Shown: positions 55,077 through 63,746 of the stretch, piece after piece
Position numbering within the stretch: position 1 is the stretch's first letter
How the letters are laid out: each line of letters starts with the position of its first letter
Assembly: GCA_035288865.1 (NCBI GenBank)
Contig: DATDZA010000026.1
Span: 4,534 to 68,533 of the forward strand
Origin: Candidatus Nanoarchaeia archaeon
GTDB lineage: Archaea > Nanobdellota > Nanobdellia > Woesearchaeales > GW2011-AR4
Reading direction: 5' to 3'
Length of the DNA: 64,000 nt
Translations under genes and position numbers: made by a program
The notes under the pieces: generated by a model
Database searches by the model: none
Told to the model about the DNA's origin: nothing
The model's input: the letters and a program-made list of their open reading frames with translations, nothing else

Positions 55077-55106
55077 TTAATTTTTATTTTTTTGTTTTAA
55101 GTCCAA

Positions 55107-55279
55107 ATGTTTGGAGCAAAATGTTCAATTTGCAATAAAACTTTTTCAAAAGGCGAGTTTTATTGCGGTTACTGGAAAATGAATAGGTTTTTTCGCTAAC
55201 CAGACGCATTTGGCCACAGTTAGATGATAATACAAAGTATTGTGAATCATGTTTCAATAAACAATACAAGAAAAAATAA
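55107..55279 (+). pseudogene. split mini zinc-ribbon ORF (CSIC ... CESC) interrupted at a T6 run (55188..55193)
   Basis: My own translation. Frame a reads MFGAKCSICNKTFSKGEFYCGYWKMNRFFR* (55107..55199). Frame b reads ..SLTRRIWPQLDDNTKYCESCFNKQYKKK* (to 55279). One extra T, or a -1 slip, fuses them. Confidence 0.35.
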
Positions 55280-55303
55280 AAATCGAGGTTTAGGTGAAAC
55301 AAA

Positions 55304-55534
55304 ATGGGTACTCTTCAAGGCAGAATTGAGGCAGCACATAAAAAATTTGGAAGTTACAAAGTTGAAATTGCTTTTTATGATATTGGCGATATTGACAGAA
55401 ATTTTCCAATAGTAATTACGATGGATATAACAGGTTTTGGTAAATTAGTAAAAACAGCAGTTGCTCCTGATAATGTCAAGGGTTTTTTAAGACGAATAAA
55501 AGGCACGAATATATCTATAAATATGGATAACTAA
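55304..55534 (+). CDS. hypothetical small protein, 76 aa
   Basis: An AGGTGA SD lies 6 nt upstream. No family recognised. Confidence 0.45.
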   Translation: MGTLQGRIEAAHKKFGSYKVEIAFYDIGDIDRNFPIVITMDITGFGKLVKTAVAPDNVKGFLRRIKGTNISINMDN

Positions 55535-55638
55535 GATGATATTTAGGGAAAGCAGTTACCGAGTTAATGAAAATATTCAAATTTCATTTTCATTATTAAA
55601 CAAAAAGCCAGGAAAAAAGAGTTTAAATAAAAAATAAG

Positions 55639-55899
55639 GTGATTACCACGAGCTTACACTATTTGGAAGGGACACAACAAATTAATCGTACTAGCGATAA
55701 AGATTCATGCTTAAGATTAGAGTTGGTGCAAGGAGGCACAAATTCAATAATTAGAATTGAGATTGGAAGATTTTTTGCAGGACAGCTTGCTAAAATGCTT
55801 GAATTTCCACACCAAGATAAACCCGAACCAAGCATGAATTTCAAGGAATTTGCAGAATTTTTAGTCACAAGGAAAAAAATAAGATTGACATTTGAATAA
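55639..55899 (+). CDS. hypothetical small protein, 86 aa; distant paralog of 56721..57017
   Basis: Shares F(A/I)-x-(Q/E)L-x-K(M/L)-x-E and L-x2-RKKI-x-(L/I) blocks with 56721..57017. Confidence 0.4.
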   Translation: MITTSLHYLEGTQQINRTSDKDSCLRLELVQGGTNSIIRIEIGRFFAGQLAKMLEFPHQDKPEPSMNFKEFAEFLVTRKKIRLTFE

Positions 55900-55925
55900 A
55901 ATAAAAAACAGTAAAGGTGATATTT

Positions 55926-56678
55926 ATGCCAGTAGATGAAGATAAAATAGTTAGAAAGATGGTTGCGGAAATTGCAGACGCTAATGAAAAATTCATGGGC
56001 AAGCCACAGGATTTGGAAAATTTCAAGAGGATTGTTCCGGTTCTGCTGGAAAAAGGAATTGACAATGTAAACCTGTCAATGTTTGATGAGCCAACAAAAG
56101 GAAAGTTGCTGAACGCTCTTGGAGAGGAATATGTAAGGAGAGGCAACATGAATGATTCAGTTAAAGCGTTTATTCTTGCAGGAAACAGAATGAGGCTCGT
56201 TGAAGTCGGCGAACACTATGAGGAAGTCGGATTATTTGGAAATGCTATTGACACTTACAGGCTTGCTGATGCAAATGATCGGCTGTTAATAATGGGCAAG
56301 AAATGCCTTGAGAACGGGCATTTCGCTGACGCAATAAAAGCGTTTAGATTATGCAATGATGTTGAAAACCTGACAAAGGTAGGCGACGAATGTTTCCAGA
56401 AAGGCAAATGGGATTACGCAATCGAAATATTCAACGCAATCAACAGCACAGGAAAGCTTGTCGAGATAGGCGACAAATGCCTGAAAGACAGGCAAATTGG
56501 ATATGCTTCAAAAGCTTATGAACTTGCGCACGACAAAGATAAATTAAGCCAATTGGGTGATGTCTGCTTAAGGGAAGGATTGCTGGCAACGGCATTAAAA
56601 TCCTACCAGCTTGCAGGCAATGACATGATGGTAACTTTCATAAGGGAAAACTTCGGCAACAAACTGTCGAGTTATTAA
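55926..56678 (+). CDS. helical-repeat protein with six tandem repeats of about 30 aa (L-x3-G-[DE]-x-C-[LF]-x2-G-x4-A-[IL]-x2-[FY]-x-L)
   Basis: Repeats read directly, e.g. LTKVGDECFQKGKWDYAIEIFNAINSTGK and LVEIGDKCLKDRQIGYASKAYELAHDKDK. ATG 55926 has an AGGTGA SD 7 nt upstream. Confidence 0.55.
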   Translation: MPVDEDKIVRKMVAEIADANEKFMGKPQDLENFKRIVPVLLEKGIDNVNLSMFDEPTKGKLLNALGEEYVRRGNMNDSVKAFILAGNRMRLVEVGEHYEEVGLFGNAIDTYRLADANDRLLIMGKKCLENGHFADAIKAFRLCNDVENLTKVGDECFQKGKWDYAIEIFNAINSTGKLVEIGDKCLKDRQIGYASKAYELAHDKDKLSQLGDVCLREGLLATALKSYQLAGNDMMVTFIRENFGNKLSSY

Positions 56679-56720
56679 ATTTTATTTTTTTGATGTAAAT
56701 TTGAATTACCAGGTGAAGAA

Positions 56721-57017
56721 ATGGTCGTAGATGTAAACATTCCAGGAAGGTTGACTAAACTTGATCCTCGAGAGTTTAAGATTGAATCTGGAGATTTATA
56801 TTTAGATTTCGGGCAAAATTTATCACCAGCTGGTCGAGTTCTTTTACTATTTAATGAGAATTTTATCGCTGAATTAACGAAGCTTTTTGAGAAGGATGTA
56901 GGGAGGTTACGAGAACATATGGGGGGTAAAATTTACAGCTTGTCCCCCAGAGATTTGTTAATGCAGATACTTCAAAGAAAGAAAATATCTATTGTTATAG
57001 AACATGGGTTATTTTAA
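56721..57017 (+). CDS. hypothetical small protein, 98 aa
   Basis: AGGTGA SD. Distant similarity to 55639..55899. Confidence 0.45.
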   Translation: MVVDVNIPGRLTKLDPREFKIESGDLYLDFGQNLSPAGRVLLLFNENFIAELTKLFEKDVGRLREHMGGKIYSLSPRDLLMQILQRKKISIVIEHGLF

Positions 57018-57092
57018 CAAGAAAAATTACAGTTCGAAATAAATTAATTTTGCTTAGGAAAACGGATTTAAAAAAAAAGAGGTCTGATTAAT

Positions 57093-57497
57093 ATGGAACA
57101 ACAGCTTGATGCTTTTACACAGAAGAGATTTGAATTGATGGTTGAGATGGCGACAAAAAAACTGCAACATGAGATTGAGTCATTAAAGGTTGCTTTCAAT
57201 TCGTTAAATGCCGAGCTTAACTCCATGAAAAGCCAGGTTTCCAGGATACAATTCCAGCCACAGCAATCACATCACATTTCAAGGCCGGCTGCTGAAGGAT
57301 CTCAGCCTGCTTATGAAGATCAAAGCCTTTCGGTAAAAAAAGAGACTAAGATAGTAGACTGTAGGCCAGACGGTGAAAGGACAGTTGAATTCGTAAGCGG
57401 CTCTTCAAAAAACTCCGAGCCCATAAGGCCGAGATTTGGAGATTATAAGTCAGAAGATGTCAGCATTGACAAATTTTTCTATTTCGGAAGGAAATAG
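57093..57497 (+). CDS. coiled-coil protein, 134 aa
   Basis: Heptad-like N-terminal 60 aa (LQHEIESLKVAFNSLNAELNSMKSQVSRIQ). GAGGT SD. Confidence 0.5.
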   Translation: MEQQLDAFTQKRFELMVEMATKKLQHEIESLKVAFNSLNAELNSMKSQVSRIQFQPQQSHHISRPAAEGSQPAYEDQSLSVKKETKIVDCRPDGERTVEFVSGSSKNSEPIRPRFGDYKSEDVSIDKFFYFGRK

Positions 57498-57548
57498 ATT
57501 TTTTTATTTTAATAATATTTATAAAGAAGTTCTTTTAGGATTGATGCT

Positions 57549-57944
57549 ATGAAGATGATATTCGAGGCAGAGGATGCTATTGTAGGCATAATCTGCGGGC
57601 TGCTTGTTCTGGGATTGACTGGCAAGTATTTTACTCTGAAATTGCCTCCATTTGTATACGTTGTCGCATTCGGAATTCTGATATTTTTCATACTATTGGA
57701 TTTAGTTAATGAAGTAAAGGATTTATCAACTCATTTTGGGTTAATTGTTTTTTCTATTATCCATAATCTTATTGACCTTGTTATTTCGTTGACTTTAATA
57801 TCCTATTTTACAAAGTGGAATATTCCTTACATTACAGCCAATCTTGTTCCGTATCTGCAGAATGAACCAACGTTATACTGGATTGGGATGTTTTTGGTAA
57901 TAGGAAATGTCGTTTGGCTGTTTATATTTCCCTTTGCGACCTAA
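57549..57944 (+). CDS. small membrane protein (131 aa, 4 TM)
   Basis: Hydrophobicity pattern. Confidence 0.5.
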   Translation: MKMIFEAEDAIVGIICGLLVLGLTGKYFTLKLPPFVYVVAFGILIFFILLDLVNEVKDLSTHFGLIVFSIIHNLIDLVISLTLISYFTKWNIPYITANLVPYLQNEPTLYWIGMFLVIGNVVWLFIFPFAT

Positions 57945-58225
57945 TCCACCATAAACATTTTATTATCTTTTCCTACGTCGAAAAAACCCAATCTTGCACC
58001 GACATCCAAGAATGCATGCGAATAACAAACTGCTCCAAATGCATTTACTAAATCCCCTTTCTTATCAAAGAATTTAGCATCGTCAAAATATCTTTGCGCT
58101 AAGTCCAATAAATCTTCAGCTTGTTTTCTGTGATTTTCTACGATTTTTACTTTTTTAAGGGCGAGAGAAGTAAGTGAGAAGTATTTTGCGAGCTTGTCTT
58201 CGATTTTGGAGTTCATTTCAATCAA
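57941..58225 (-). CDS. small helical protein, possibly DUF357-like
   Basis: LLDLAQRYFDDAKFFDKKGDLVNAFGAVCYSHAFLDVGARLG resembles short archaeal DUF357 proteins. This is from memory only. Confidence 0.45.
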   Translation of the reverse strand: MIEMNSKIEDKLAKYFSLTSLALKKVKIVENHRKQAEDLLDLAQRYFDDAKFFDKKGDLVNAFGAVCYSHAFLDVGARLGFFDVGKDNKMFMVD

Positions 58226-58253
58226 ATAAATCTAATAAAAGAAAAAAATAAAA

Positions 58254-59039
58254 TCAAAGATGCTTTCTCAATTCTTTCCCTTTTTCAATCCCAATGTCCA
58301 GCATCTTGTCTATATCTTCTGCTGACAGCGGCATGTCTCCGCCTTTTTGCATTGCGCACAAGGTTCCGTTATCAATTGAAGAAACTGTAAGCCTTGCATC
58401 AACTACTTTCTCTTCTTCTGTGTCAGGATCAATAATAAATTTATTGCCTATCTTTATCACAGTAACTGCAATCGGAGTTTTTTCCAGCTGAAGTTTTTTA
58501 TCAGTCTTGTTTTTGTAATCAACTTTTACGCCGTTAAAAGCAGGGTATTTTGTGTCTTTCAAAGCTGCAAGCGCTGCTAGAGATGATGCATCAAATAAAT
58601 TGCCTGCGTCGTTTATGGGACATATATCTATTACTACCATCCAGATTTTTTCACCTGGAGTGATGCAAAGTTTCTTGAAATCAAGCGCCTTGCTTTCCCT
58701 AATCCCACGGTCAACGACCCTTGCTAGCTCAATTGCTTGGATTTGGGGAGGGCCCGGCTCAAATTCCGGGTTTGACATGGGCAACAATTCTGCTCCAACT
58801 ATTATTGTTCCTTCGTCTGGCGTGTCAGGATATGGCTCGCCAACTTCTAATTTGACACCAACTATTATATCAGTCTCCCCGATTTTAACCCTGGCTGAGC
58901 CTTCTGCAGTCTTTATCACGCCATACTCTATTGTGATTGGCTGCCTGTATTCTGTAAGTTTTCTGCCGTCTAATCTCGTATTTGCTTCAAGCAAACTTAT
59001 GATGTGGCTTCTTAGTTCTTTGTACATTTTAATCCTCAA
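58254..59039 (-). CDS. rrp42: exosome complex component Rrp42 (RNase PH-like, inactive subunit)
   Basis: RLDGRKLTEYRQPITIEYGVIKTAEGSARVKIGETDIIVGVK. Sits immediately after rrp41. Confidence 0.9.
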   Translation of the reverse strand: MRIKMYKELRSHIISLLEANTRLDGRKLTEYRQPITIEYGVIKTAEGSARVKIGETDIIVGVKLEVGEPYPDTPDEGTIIVGAELLPMSNPEFEPGPPQIQAIELARVVDRGIRESKALDFKKLCITPGEKIWMVVIDICPINDAGNLFDASSLAALAALKDTKYPAFNGVKVDYKNKTDKKLQLEKTPIAVTVIKIGNKFIIDPDTEEEKVVDARLTVSSIDNGTLCAMQKGGDMPLSAEDIDKMLDIGIEKGKELRKHL

Positions 59040-59739
59040 CTCCCTTGTATTTGTCTTTCAAAGCTTTTTTCTGGACTTCATAAATATCCATCAAAACCTT
59101 TTTGCTCATCCCTATCAGTTTCATCAATTCCTCTTTCGTTACTTCGCCATCCATCTGCAGCAGGCTGATTTTGCCTGAGTTTGGAAGCATCGCAATAGGT
59201 ATGTCCGCAACTCCACCGTCGGGATAGCTTTCCTCTGAATAGTCCAAATCAACAACAAGCTTGTCATCAACTTTTCCGAATGACACAGCGCTTACAAGGT
59301 CTTTCATGTCCAGTCCTGCATCTGCAAGGGCCATTGATGCTGCGCAAATTCCGGCGCATCTTGAGCCTGCCTCCGTCTGCGGCAGCTCGATAAAAACATC
59401 CACAACTGAATTTGGATAATCTTCCAGATTTAACACTGGCAATAATGCTTTTTGTGTTACAAGAGAAATTTCCTTTGATCTTCGGGATCCTCCGGGCCTT
59501 ACTCTCTCGCCTGAACTCGAGAAAGGCATCATGTTGTAACTGCATCTTAATATTCCGGTCTGCGGGTCCTGCATAAACTTTGGATGAAGATTTCTGGGAC
59601 CGTAAACAGCTGCATAAGCCCATGTGTTTCCTATCTTGAACATTGCGCTTCCGTCTGCCCTTGGAATCACTCCAACTTTTGCTTCAATCGGCCTCATTTC
59701 GTCAAATTTTCTTCCGTCTATTCTTTGTTTGTAAGTCAT
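59029..59739 (-). CDS. rrp41: exosome complex exonuclease Rrp41 (RNase PH-like, catalytic subunit)
   Basis: RIDGRKFDEMRPIEAKVGVIPRADGSAMFKIGNTWAYAAVYGPR, and the GGSRRSKEIS phosphate-binding-like block. Confidence 0.9.
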   Translation of the reverse strand: MTYKQRIDGRKFDEMRPIEAKVGVIPRADGSAMFKIGNTWAYAAVYGPRNLHPKFMQDPQTGILRCSYNMMPFSSSGERVRPGGSRRSKEISLVTQKALLPVLNLEDYPNSVVDVFIELPQTEAGSRCAGICAASMALADAGLDMKDLVSAVSFGKVDDKLVVDLDYSEESYPDGGVADIPIAMLPNSGKISLLQMDGEVTKEELMKLIGMSKKVLMDIYEVQKKALKDKYKGVED

Positions 59740-59751
59740 TTTTATTTCACC

Positions 59752-60465
59752 TTAATCCTGATGAGTTTTTTTGGGTACACTGTTCTGCTCCAAAAATCCC
59801 TTAATCTTGTCAGTCAATCCAGTCGTGTGGCTTTCGGCTGATATTTTTCTTATAGCTTGAATTGCAAGCAACTCATTCATAGGCCCGCCGTCAATCCAAA
59901 TCAACCCGTTCTGGCCGACGACAATGTTGCACTGGGTTGCTTCTTTTATCATCACTACCATTGAGCCCTGCTTTCCGATTATCCTCGGAACTTTGTTGGC
60001 GTCAACTTCAATTATTCTTCCGCCTTTCAATTTTCTTAATCCCGGCCCTTTCATTGTCACGTCAATCAGTTTCTGGCTTGTTACGTTCACAATCTGGCAT
60101 ACGATATGGTCGCCAAGGTCGTAATACTGAGTGAGATTTGCGCCTCTCTGTATAAATTCAGAGGTTGCATCTTTCATAGAAAGCATTGCCGAGTATGCGG
60201 AATTCGTATCAAGGCGCCAGCCGTTAAAGCCAACGTCGATAACTTTGCATATTATAGTGTCATTTGTTTTTGGCATGTATCTCCCTGACAAGGGGAGCAG
60301 TTTTATTGTCCTCCCGTCCATCATCACTAGCCCAAGCCTGTTTGCAACTATTTTTTCCCCTTCCCTGTAAGTTCCTGCGCCCGGCAGCACGTCCATTCCG
60401 ACTGCAAGCACTTCTCCCGGAACTGATATTTCCTTATCCTTAACTTTTATTTCTGACATTTTCAT
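59752..60465 (-). CDS. rrp4: exosome complex RNA-binding protein Rrp4 (S1 + KH)
   Basis: VPGEVLA..GTY, LSGRYMPKTNDTIICKVIDV..GWRLD (S1), KVPRIIGKQGSMV (KH GxxG). Confidence 0.9.
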   Translation of the reverse strand: MKMSEIKVKDKEISVPGEVLAVGMDVLPGAGTYREGEKIVANRLGLVMMDGRTIKLLPLSGRYMPKTNDTIICKVIDVGFNGWRLDTNSAYSAMLSMKDATSEFIQRGANLTQYYDLGDHIVCQIVNVTSQKLIDVTMKGPGLRKLKGGRIIEVDANKVPRIIGKQGSMVVMIKEATQCNIVVGQNGLIWIDGGPMNELLAIQAIRKISAESHTTGLTDKIKGFLEQNSVPKKTHQD

Positions 60466-60513
60466 CTCACCTTTAGTTTATATTTAAATGTAATATTTTG
60501 AATTGTAAATTTT

Positions 60514-60807
60514 TTAGTGGATGGCATACTGTTGTCTTGCTGCAATATAACGAAGCGTAAATCCGTAGGCTGCTCCTCTTTGTTGAAAGGCAAGTGAACT
60601 CCGGATAACATTTTCCATTTTTGAAAATAACCAATCTACATTATCGCTTAAACTACCCTCAGCAGATACGTCCCTAAGTTTTTTCTCACAATAATCAAAT
60701 TCTAAATGTGCCATTTCCAGACGTCTCTCTAGTTCCACCTTATCCAAAGCGCAAGTAGATGTGGGCTGCAATTGACTAATAATTTTATCAGGTTCTAAAT
60801 TGCTCAT
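60514..60807 (-). CDS. hypothetical protein, 97 aa (inserted in the exosome superoperon)
   Basis: ORF only. No family recognised. Confidence 0.4.
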   Translation of the reverse strand: MSNLEPDKIISQLQPTSTCALDKVELERRLEMAHLEFDYCEKKLRDVSAEGSLSDNVDWLFSKMENVIRSSLAFQQRGAAYGFTLRYIAARQQYAIH

Positions 60808-60837
60808 TTAATTTCAATCTCGTTTCATGATTTTGAT

Positions 60838-61110
60838 TCATAAGTCCATTATTTTTTGGAACTGCGTTTTTTCTTTCATCTTATTTTGTTCTGTAGATAA
60901 TAATGATTCAAAATGACCTAGCGCTGAAAGCACCTTCATTTCAGGGGCGATGGTTGCAAAAAGAATTTTTTCGTGAGCGATTGGCAATTTTTCATCGTCT
61001 GCAATTTTAACCATGCTCAATAAACTCTTGGATTCAATTATTTCTGCAATTCCAATTTTTTGCTGGAAACTTTCAAACCTTTGTCCGATTTCTTTTTGGT
61101 TTAGGTTCAT
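60838..61110 (-). CDS. hypothetical protein, 90 aa (inserted in the exosome superoperon)
   Basis: ORF only. No family recognised. Confidence 0.4.
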   Translation of the reverse strand: MNLNQKEIGQRFESFQQKIGIAEIIESKSLLSMVKIADDEKLPIAHEKILFATIAPEMKVLSALGHFESLLSTEQNKMKEKTQFQKIMDL

Positions 61111-61140
61111 CTTTTTAATTTAATGTTTATTTTTAACTTA

Positions 61141-61557
61141 TTAATCATGAGTGTTACACCTTTCTGCAAATGTATTGTAATCTTCCCTCAATGGCGCCCC
61201 CTCATGGTCAAAACCAAGAAGCAACGGATCATATTCTTCCCCGAACCGGGAGTTGTTTGTAATATACTTTCTTTCTAGAGGAAGATAAACCGATTGTGCC
61301 AAAGTCAAACCTTCATTTTTAAATCCATTCACAGCCAGGGCAAAAATTTCATCACCTAATCTGCCAAGTGCAACTCTTTCTCCTGTAGTTCTATCAGTTA
61401 ACTCTACTGCCACTGCGATAAGTTGAGCGCCTAAATTTATGCCTGCGTTTGTCCTGACTGATGATTGAGAAGAAGAGCCAATTAATCTATCAGGCACAGC
61501 ATTGATTCTTGCAACCAAATCAGTGTAACCGACTGGATTTTCCCTTGCGTCTGGCAT
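61141..61557 (-). CDS. hypothetical protein, 138 aa (inserted in the exosome superoperon)
   Basis: Its start codon overlaps the SBDS stop by 1 nt. Composition is R/G/A/L-rich, unlike neighbours. No family recognised. Confidence 0.45.
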   Translation of the reverse strand: MPDARENPVGYTDLVARINAVPDRLIGSSSQSSVRTNAGINLGAQLIAVAVELTDRTTGERVALGRLGDEIFALAVNGFKNEGLTLAQSVYLPLERKYITNNSRFGEEYDPLLLGFDHEGAPLREDYNTFAERCNTHD

Positions 61558-62267
61558 TATTTCACCTTCAAAATTTTTGATTCAACATTTCCGTGGCATA
61601 TCTTATTTAATCTATCATATAGGTCGCTTTCCATCCCGCCGGGAATTTCAACGACAGCCACCCAGTTTCCGTTTGTTTGCCATTCCTCTCTTAAAATTGT
61701 GGAGAACTGCTTTATTATTGAATAGCATTTAGGCGCAAACTCCGGAGTGATTTTAATTGCAATTTCTTTGACTTCAAATTTTATAGGAAGAATAGGTCTT
61801 AAAATCTTTAGCGCATCCTGAACCTGCAGTTGCACTGGCTTGAATTCATTAACATGAAATTTCGCCTCGGCAAATGCATTTTCAATCCTATTCGGAGGGT
61901 GAGGCATATGCGTTTTTGGGTCAACTCCATTGCGATGAATTATTGCAATTATCTGTTTTCTTTTTTCTTCCCTTAAATTTTCCCTGTATTCCTGAGTTAA
62001 TTGTATTTCGCCTTTATGAATAATCTGATTAGCCACATCGTTCACATCGTTCGTTCCGAAAATCTGCTTTATTGCATGCTCTGATGCAACTAATCCTTTG
62101 TGGGCATCAGAGAATATCTGCATAGCTGCGAGTACATCATGCATGTCAACGGTTTTGCCCTCTATAATAGCAAGCGCGTTTGCGCAGTCGACAAGAATCT
62201 CAAAATTATTTCCTTCAGTTTTCAACCTTGCAATGACTGCTTTATCTACGTCAACCATTTGGTTCAC
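61557..62267 (-). CDS. sdo1: ribosome maturation protein SBDS/Sdo1
   Basis: VIARLKTEGNNFEILVDCANALA (FYSH domain start). 236 aa. Canonical position after psmA. Confidence 0.9.
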   Translation of the reverse strand: MNQMVDVDKAVIARLKTEGNNFEILVDCANALAIIEGKTVDMHDVLAAMQIFSDAHKGLVASEHAIKQIFGTNDVNDVANQIIHKGEIQLTQEYRENLREEKRKQIIAIIHRNGVDPKTHMPHPPNRIENAFAEAKFHVNEFKPVQLQVQDALKILRPILPIKFEVKEIAIKITPEFAPKCYSIIKQFSTILREEWQTNGNWVAVVEIPGGMESDLYDRLNKICHGNVESKILKVK

Positions 62268-63017
62268 TTATTTCTTTGAGGGCTTTTTATCTTCCTTTAA
62301 ATCAGATGATAACTTTTCTATTCTGGATTTTAAAACTCTCTTGAATTTTCTCTCTGCGATTGTTATATAAGCCGCATCAATCCTCTCAACGTTGAAATTT
62401 TCTCCCAAAACCTTTTTTAATGATTTTAATGAAAGTTTTAATCCGTCTTCGATTGTTAATTCGGGCTTGTATTCGCTGTGCAAAATTTCCTCGACTTCAA
62501 CTTCCCCTTCTCCGATTGCAGTCGCTTTGTATTGGAAATATATTCCAATTGGGTCTGTCTCGAATAGTTTTGGAGTTGACTCGTCAATTCCCGCAATGAG
62601 TATGGATACCCCAAACGGCCTTAAGCCGCCGCTCTGTGTGCATATCTGCTTTAAATCACAGATGTCTTTTACAATAGTTAAAGTGTCAATTTCAGAATCA
62701 TAGGTAACCCTGTTCTGCTGTGCTTTTAATTGCGCCCTGTCAATCAAGACTCTCGCATCGCTTAAAATTCCGGATGCTGCGGCCCCGATATTCTCGTCAA
62801 TCTGCCAAATTTTTTCCACTGACTCTGGAACCATTAATGTGTCGACAACTCTTTTGTCCGCCACGAGCAGAACCCCGTCGGAACAAACCATCCCGATCGC
62901 TGTTGATCCCTGCCTGACTGTCTTTTTGGCATATTCTACCTGAAGTAGCCTGCCGTCCGGACTGAACATTGTGATTGCCCTATCGTAACCCATCATCTGA
63001 TGCTGCATTGGTTGCAT
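62268..63017 (-). CDS. psmA: proteasome subunit alpha
   Basis: YDRAITMFSPDGRLLQVEYA is the alpha-subunit signature. Confidence 0.95.
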   Translation of the reverse strand: MQPMQHQMMGYDRAITMFSPDGRLLQVEYAKKTVRQGSTAIGMVCSDGVLLVADKRVVDTLMVPESVEKIWQIDENIGAAASGILSDARVLIDRAQLKAQQNRVTYDSEIDTLTIVKDICDLKQICTQSGGLRPFGVSILIAGIDESTPKLFETDPIGIYFQYKATAIGEGEVEVEEILHSEYKPELTIEDGLKLSLKSLKKVLGENFNVERIDAAYITIAERKFKRVLKSRIEKLSSDLKEDKKPSKK

Positions 63018-63088
63018 TTTTTAATTCACCTCATGAATTTGTTTAATTTATAATTTTGATTGTTAAATTTCTTGTTTTATGATTTATT

Positions 63089-63451
63089 TTACTTCTTTAA
63101 ATAATTATTCTCAGCTTTCTTTAAAATGCCGGAAACACCCAAGCTACGGATTATTGCTTCATTGCTACCGATTTTTTTGGCAAAAACCAGAGATGCCTTG
63201 ACATCATCAACGTGCTTGTGGCTTACTTTCATAATCCCACGCTGCTTTTCAGCATCCCATTTGTTGTTGAGAACAACAATTCCCGCTTTTGCAGTTCCGC
63301 GCTGTCCCAAAAACTGCAGTGAAGACTGCAATATCGCCCTTGAAATACCATCAGCATCGCTGATTTTTTCTTTTGAAATGACCTCAAACACCAAGTAGCG
63401 CTTCTTTTCCCTTAAGCTGGGCAAAATGGGCTTCAGTTTCGTCTTAATCAT
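63089..63451 (-). CDS. rnp2: RNase P protein component 2 (Pop5/Rpp14 family)
   Basis: LPSLREKKRYLVFEV..., ...SLGVSGILKKAE, and its position upstream of psmA as in other archaea. Confidence 0.75.
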   Translation of the reverse strand: MIKTKLKPILPSLREKKRYLVFEVISKEKISDADGISRAILQSSLQFLGQRGTAKAGIVVLNNKWDAEKQRGIMKVSHKHVDDVKASLVFAKKIGSNEAIIRSLGVSGILKKAENNYLKK

Positions 63452-63746
63452 TCCAAAATTACTGAGAAGAAATCATAGTAACCGCGTTCTTCTCTCTCTG
63501 TTAATTATTTGAATTATTTTAAACTATATAAAGGTTACTGTGAATTTTGAATTTTTCAATTTTCAGTTGAACTTTAATTGCAAAAGATCAAATATGAATT
63601 AGAATGTGATATTAGAATCTAAACTAAACTTAAAATAATATCAGGAGATAGCACTTGAATCAAAAGTCTAAGTGTAAATTCCTAAATAATAATAATATTA
63701 GGTCTGACAGTAAACTTTTTATATAACTTCAGTTTAGTAGTGAATT

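Noticed and set aside
58552-59178. A 208-aa plus-strand ORF antisense to rrp42/rrp41. Similar long antisense ORFs occur in lhr (18599..18987, 18065..18487), ftsZ (53934..54268, 54296..54550) and the GDE gene (6063..6305, 6765..7013).
   Set aside because: The opposite strands encode strongly recognisable conserved proteins. The antisense translations are hydrophobic or low-complexity and have no motifs.
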